Shown one piece after another: positions 59,399-64,000 of a DNA stretch of 64,000 bases (the first letter of the stretch is position 1; every line of letters begins with the position of its first letter). Both the position numbers and the translations under genes were made by a program. The stretch comes from an uncultured Rhodospirillaceae bacterium (GTDB taxonomy: Bacteria > Pseudomonadota > Alphaproteobacteria > Rhodospirillales > Defluviicoccaceae): positions 753-64,752 of the forward strand of contig CAZVRW010000006.1 in the NCBI GenBank assembly GCA_964630265.1, given 5' to 3'. The notes under the pieces are model-generated. The model saw only the letters and a list, made by a program, of their open reading frames with translations, had not been told where the DNA came from and did no database searches.

Positions 59399-60643
59399 TT
59401 ATATCCCCAACACGTTGGTGATGACGGCGAACAGCCCATCGGCGACGACGATCGCGACGATCGACGCAACCACGGCCGACGTCGCCGCCGAGCCGACGGC
59501 CGACGCGCTCCGGCCGCTCTGCATGCCGTACATGCACCCGGCGACGGCGATGATGACACCAAAGACGACGCTCTTGAAGATGCCGATGGCGAAATCGGTA
59601 ATGCCGAGCGCGCCCTGGGTCTGCACCAGATACTGCATCGGCTCGATGCCGAGCATGGCGACGCCGACGATCATGCCGCCGATGATGCCGAGAACGATGG
59701 CATAGACGCATAGTAGCGGCATCATGATGATCAGCGCCACCGTGCGCGGTGCGACCAGGAAGTCCATGGACGAGACGCCGATGGTGCGGAGCGCGTCCAC
59801 CTCCTCGTTGACCTGCATGGTGCCAATCTGCGCGGCGAACGCCGCACCCGTGCGCCCGGCCATGACGATGGCCGTCATCATCGCACCCATCTCGCGCGCC
59901 ATGGCGATGCCGACCAGATTGGCGACGAAGATCTGCGCGCCGAACTGCTGCAACTGCACGGCGCCGACAAACGCCAGGATGAGACCGACGAGGACGCTGA
60001 TCAGTGAGACAATGGGCAGCGCTTGAGCGCCACAGTCGCTGAGCAGCGTCCACAGGTCGGCGCGGCGGAATCGCGCCCGGCCGACGACAAATCGCAAGAG
60101 CGACATTGTCAACTCGCCGACGAAGGCGAGCGTTGCGTTGAACCCGTCGACGACGCGGTGGGCGAACACGCCCAGGCGGTGCAAGAGCGACCCGTTATCC
60201 TCGGGCCTCGGCCCGCCGCGCGCCGCGACGGTCGAAGCCAGCTCCAGCAGCGCTCGAGACCCCTCGGGCAGCCCGTCGGACTCTACAGCAATGTCGAGCT
60301 CGGTACAGCTCTTGGTGACGGCCCGGATGAAAGTCAGCAAGCTGCTGTCCCACGCCTCGACCGCGGCGCCATCGAGCGCCAGGGTCTGCACCGGCGGCCC
60401 TTGGCGCAGGCTGGCGACGACGGCGTCAGGATCGGGACGGCTGCCGTGCACAGTCCATCCTCCGGCGAGGCGCAGCCGCGCCCGCCCGCCCTCCAAGTAT
60501 TCGATGTCCGCGACGGGGGGCGATTCGGTCCCGGCCTTTGCTTCTGAGCGCGACTTCAGCCCGTCCTCGCTTTCGATCCGCAGGGCACAAGATGCGTTGT
60601 TCCACCGGTCTCGGATGGCGTCAAGCGGCGCAACGGCCCGCAT
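59399..60643 (-). CDS. MlaE-family ABC transporter permease with an N-terminal extension of about 150 aa (STAS/MlaB-like?)
   Basis: Permease core GAQALPIVSLIS...FGAQIFVANLVGIAMAREMGAMMTAIVMAGRTGAAFAAQIGTMQVNEEVDAL. The start codon is uncertain. Confidence 0.8.
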   Translation of the reverse strand: MRAVAPLDAIRDRWNNASCALRIESEDGLKSRSEAKAGTESPPVADIEYLEGGRARLRLAGGWTVHGSRPDPDAVVASLRQGPPVQTLALDGAAVEAWDSSLLTFIRAVTKSCTELDIAVESDGLPEGSRALLELASTVAARGGPRPEDNGSLLHRLGVFAHRVVDGFNATLAFVGELTMSLLRFVVGRARFRRADLWTLLSDCGAQALPIVSLISVLVGLILAFVGAVQLQQFGAQIFVANLVGIAMAREMGAMMTAIVMAGRTGAAFAAQIGTMQVNEEVDALRTIGVSSMDFLVAPRTVALIIMMPLLCVYAIVLGIIGGMIVGVAMLGIEPMQYLVQTQGALGITDFAIGIFKSVVFGVIIAVAGCMYGMQSGRSASAVGSAATSAVVASIVAIVVADGLFAVITNVLGI

Positions 60644-60815
60644 CGAGGGGCGTCAGGCTCATCCGAGGGTGATCGAGCGACATGCTGATGGACGCATCAT
60701 CGCCGATCCGGTATTCACGCCGGTAACGTGACTGCTATTTTGTGGCCGTCAGGCGCGATACCGCGCGGCCGGTCTCGACTTGGCCCGCCGGACGGCGTCG
60801 GTTGGGGGGAGGTTC

Positions 60816-62420
60816 ATGGTGGACTTGGTTTCCACTCGGCGCGGCTGGACGCGTGCCTGCCGGCAGACATCCAAGACGGCGTCACTTTTGGTCGCCGCGA
60901 CGGTTTTGGCGGCATGTACCGCCGTCGGCCCGGACTACACACCGCCGGCCACGCAGATGCCGGATCTCTGGTATCAGGAGTTGAGCCGCGGACTGGAGTC
61001 GGGCGACGCCGACCTGAGGACGTGGTGGACCACCCTCAACGATCCGACGCTGAACGATCTCGTCGATCGCGCGGCCCAAGGCAACCTGGACGTTCAGGTG
61101 GCCCTCGCCCGGGTACAGGCCGCGCGGGCGTTGATCGGCGTCGCCTCGGGCGAGCAGTTGCCCTCGGTCGACGCATCCGGTGTGGTGGAGTACGGCCGGG
61201 TCAGCGAGGGAACCGCTCCCAACGTCGCCGGCAGAAACCGCTCCGACACGCTGTTCAGCACCGGGCTCGACGCCACCTGGGAAATCGATTTCTGGGGGCG
61301 GATCGCGCGCTCCGTGGAGTCCGCGGACGCCGACTTCCAGGCGACGGTCGAGGACTATCGGGACGCCCTGGTGGTGCTCTATGCCGAGGTGGCATCGACA
61401 TACGTCGATGTCCGAACGCTGCAGCAACGCATTCGCTCGGCGATCGGCAACGTCCAGACGCAGCGGGAGACGCTTCGCCTCGTCCAGGAGCGGCGTCGCG
61501 CCGGTCTGGCCTCCGACCTGGAGGTCGCTCAGGCCCGCCTCAACCTGTCGCGCACCGAATCGGCGGTGCCGCCGTTGCGCGAGGCGCTCGGACGCGCCGT
61601 GCATCAATTGGGCGTGCTGCTCGGCGAGCCACCGCCGGCGCTCTACGCGACGTTGGGCGAGGTGGAGCCGATTCCGGATGTCCCGGCAGAGGTGATCGTC
61701 GGCCTGCCGCACGAATTGCTCCGGCAACGGCCGGATATCCGCAGCGCCGAGCGGCAGTTGGCCGCGCAGACGGCGCGCATCGGCGTCGCCACGGCGGACC
61801 TCTATCCCCGCTTCTCCCTGTTCGGCTTCTTCGCCTTCGAGGCCTTCGATGCCGCCATGTGGTTCAATGGCGGCAGCCTCGCCTACGGTCTCGGGCCCTC
61901 GGTGCGCTGGAACCTGTTCGACGGTGGCCGCGTGCGCAGCCGCATCGATCTCGAGGACGCGTTGACGCAGCAACGGCTTGCCACCTACGAGCAGACGGTG
62001 CTCAACGCCTTGCGCGAGGCGGAAGACGCGATGGTCGGCTTTGTCCAGGAGCAGCAGCGCCGCGACGCGCTGGCGCGGTCGGTCGAGGCTGCGCGCACCG
62101 CGACCCGCCTCGTGAACGAACTCTACGTCACCGGCCTGACCGACTTCCAGAACGTGCAGGACACCGAGCGCAACCGCTTCGAGCAGGAGGACCAGTTCGC
62201 CGAGAGCGAAGGCCGGGTGGTGCAGAACCTGATCGCGCTCTACAAGGCCCTGGGCGGCGGCTGGAACCCCGAAGGTACGCGCCCGTCCGACGGGCGACCG
62301 GCGGCCGCCACTGCAACCGCACCTGCCGCCGCGCCGGCGTCCGACACCACCGGCGCGGTGGCGGCACCCGTCGCCGGTGAGGTGAGCGGCGACGCGCCGT
62401 CCTTGTCCGGCCGATCCTGA
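60816..62420 (+). CDS. Efflux transporter outer membrane factor lipoprotein (NodT family)
   Basis: Lipobox LAAC followed by VGPDYTPP, TolC-like repeats and the ALGGGW motif near the C-terminus. The ATG at 60816 follows GGGGGAGG. Confidence 0.88.
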   Translation: MVDLVSTRRGWTRACRQTSKTASLLVAATVLAACTAVGPDYTPPATQMPDLWYQELSRGLESGDADLRTWWTTLNDPTLNDLVDRAAQGNLDVQVALARVQAARALIGVASGEQLPSVDASGVVEYGRVSEGTAPNVAGRNRSDTLFSTGLDATWEIDFWGRIARSVESADADFQATVEDYRDALVVLYAEVASTYVDVRTLQQRIRSAIGNVQTQRETLRLVQERRRAGLASDLEVAQARLNLSRTESAVPPLREALGRAVHQLGVLLGEPPPALYATLGEVEPIPDVPAEVIVGLPHELLRQRPDIRSAERQLAAQTARIGVATADLYPRFSLFGFFAFEAFDAAMWFNGGSLAYGLGPSVRWNLFDGGRVRSRIDLEDALTQQRLATYEQTVLNALREAEDAMVGFVQEQQRRDALARSVEAARTATRLVNELYVTGLTDFQNVQDTERNRFEQEDQFAESEGRVVQNLIALYKALGGGWNPEGTRPSDGRPAAATATAPAAAPASDTTGAVAAPVAGEVSGDAPSLSGRS

Positions 62421-62428
62421 GACTTGGC

Positions 62429-62449
62429 GGGGGCCGAGAGACTGCCCCC
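62429..62449 (+). terminator. Possible terminator hairpin after the NodT gene
   Basis: GGGGGC / GCCCCC stem with a 9-nt loop, 9 nt after the stop. There is no U-tract, so support is weak. Confidence 0.25.
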
Positions 62450-62667
62450 AAGCGCGCCAGGCGTGGACCACTCGCCCGCGGCATTCGCCTCCGATCTAGC
62501 CACACGCCCTCCGGCATGATAGGTTTGCTGCAGTGCACAATGTCAATGCTGCACGCGCACAAGGAGCGCTTGGCGGCCCGGGCGCCCAGCATCGTGATCC
62601 GTGCAGCAACGTTCGCAGGTTCGACGGTTGCGTGTCCTGAACGCGGGATCGAAAGGGGTCGAGGTCG

Positions 62668-64000
62668 ATGAGCGAATGCCTTGAAAACAAGACGTTTGAC
62701 GAGATTGAGGTAGGGGAAAGCGCGTCGCTGATCCGTGCCTTCCGCCGCAACGACCTGGAAACGTGGGCGGCGGTCACCGGCAACGCCGCGCTGGTCCATG
62801 CCTACGAGGTGGCGGAGCGCGAGGGCATCGCCCGCGCCGGCGGTGGCCATGGAACCTGGGGAACGGCGCTGATCTCGACGATCATCAGCACGCTGCTTCC
62901 CGGCGCCGGCACCACCATCCGGTCGAGCCAAGTGGAATACCTGAAGCCCCTGGACGTGGGCATGAAGGTGACCGGCACCGTCACGGTGACCGCGAAGGAC
63001 GCCACAGACCGATCGGTCACGCTGCAGTGCCGCTGTGTCGACGAAGCCGGCAACGACATCGTCAAGGGAACCGTCGACGCCCTGGCGCCGGCTAAAAAAA
63101 TCAAGGAAACGGTCGAAGATCTGCCACAGGTGCAGCTCCGGCGTCACGACCGGTTTCTTGAACTTTTGAAAAGGTGTGAAGGCCTGCCGGCGGCGGCGAC
63201 TGCCGTCGTTCACCCCTGCAGCGAGGACTCGCTTGCCGCCGCGATCCAGGCGGCGGAGCGTGACCTGATCCGTCCTTTTCTGGTCGGCCCCGAGGCCAAG
63301 ATCAAGGCGGTGGCCGACGCCGCCGATCTCGACATCTCCCCCTACCCGTTGATCCCGGCGCAGCACAGCCACCACGCGGCCGAGCAGGCGGTGGCGATGG
63401 TGCGCGCCGGCGAGGCGGAACTGTTGATGAAGGGCAGCCTGCACACCGACGAGTTGCTGACGGAAGTGTTGCGACGCGACACGGGCATCCGCACCGAACG
63501 CCGCCTGAGCCACTGCTTCCTGCTCAGCGTGCCGACCTATGCCCGCCCTTTCATTCTGACCGATGCGGCCATCAACATCGCGCCCGACCTGATGGCCAAA
63601 CGGGACATCTGCCAGAACGCCATCGACATCGCCCACGCCATGGGCAACCCAGAGCCGAAGGTGGCGATCCTCGCCGCGGTCGAGACCGTCAACCCCGGCA
63701 TGCCGGCGACCCTGGACGCCGCCGCCCTGTGCAAGATGGCGGACCGCGGCCAGATCACCGGCGGCGTGCTGGATGGCCCCCTCGCGTTCGACAACGCCGC
63801 CGACGAGGAGGCGGCCCAGACGAAGGGGATCGTTTCGCCGGTCGCCGGTAGGGCCGAGATTCTTGTCGTGCCCGACCTGGAGGCCGGCAACATGCTGGCC
63901 AAGCAGCTGACATTCATGGCCAATGCGGACGCCGCCGGCATCGTCGCCGGCGCCCGCGTCCCCATCATCCTCACCAGTCGCGCCGACAGCGTGCGCACGC
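62668..64000 (+). CDS. Bifunctional MaoC-like enoyl-CoA hydratase / phosphate acetyl(butyryl)transferase (3' end outside the window)
   Basis: My own translation from ATG 62668 gives a hot-dog domain (FDEIEVGESAS...) followed by a PTA_PTB domain (LLMKGSLHTDELL, FILTDAAINIAPD, GPLAFDNA, VPDLEAGNMLAK). It is absent from the ORF track because no stop is reached. Confidence 0.85.
   Translation, partial: MSECLENKTFDEIEVGESASLIRAFRRNDLETWAAVTGNAALVHAYEVAEREGIARAGGGHGTWGTALISTIISTLLPGAGTTIRSSQVEYLKPLDVGMKVTGTVTVTAKDATDRSVTLQCRCVDEAGNDIVKGTVDALAPAKKIKETVEDLPQVQLRRHDRFLELLKRCEGLPAAATAVVHPCSEDSLAAAIQAAERDLIRPFLVGPEAKIKAVADAADLDISPYPLIPAQHSHHAAEQAVAMVRAGEAELLMKGSLHTDELLTEVLRRDTGIRTERRLSHCFLLSVPTYARPFILTDAAINIAPDLMAKRDICQNAIDIAHAMGNPEPKVAILAAVETVNPGMPATLDAAALCKMADRGQITGGVLDGPLAFDNAADEEAAQTKGIVSPVAGRAEILVVPDLEAGNMLAKQLTFMANADAAGIVAGARVPIILTSRADSVRT

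Overview
This is a visibly GC-rich, densely coding chromosomal segment whose gene order looks alphaproteobacterial (Rhodospirillales-like). I call about 60 CDS plus tRNA-Pro(GGG) and tRNA-His(GUG). I saw no rRNA, CRISPR array, transposase or integrase.

Most of the window is conserved housekeeping synteny:
- rpiB-glyA-nrdR-ribD-ribE-ribB(A)-ribH-nusB-thiL, then the H+-pyrophosphatase and bamE
- yceD-plsX-fabH-ihfA-merR-tRNA-Pro, then cutA and ispDF
- dusB-ntrBC-ntrYX-trkA-dat-HAD-hfq-hflX, then mazG
- MBL hydrolase-tatD-[S8 peptidase insert]-metG-holB-tmk-dacC-rlpA-mltB, then pcm

The stand-out locus lies at about 45.8-51.5 kb. A clear kaiB-kaiC pair is preceded, with a 19-nt translational overlap, by a gene for a receiver-like N-terminal domain fused to a C-terminal domain. 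That C-terminal domain aligns with the KaiA C-terminal / RsbU N-terminal helical bundle, so I call the gene KaiA-like. The trio is divergently transcribed from a PAS-rich sensor histidine kinase and a single-domain CheY-like regulator.

Secondary observations:
- a signal-less subtilase with a stand-alone propeptide-like ORF, inserted between tatD and metG behind phased TCCTACA repeats
- a decayed second copy of pcm
- a tmk whose P-loop lies upstream of any ATG/GTG/TTG
- a RibBA whose cyclohydrolase-like half contains no cysteine
- three in-frame or intergenic tandem repeats
- an ExeM/NucH-type nuclease with a CTERM-type sorting tail
- an Mla/Pqi-like operon without an ATPase gene
- a haloacetate-dehalogenase-like hydrolase

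Many long ORFs in the supplied track are antisense shadow ORFs typical of high-GC DNA, and I rejected them.
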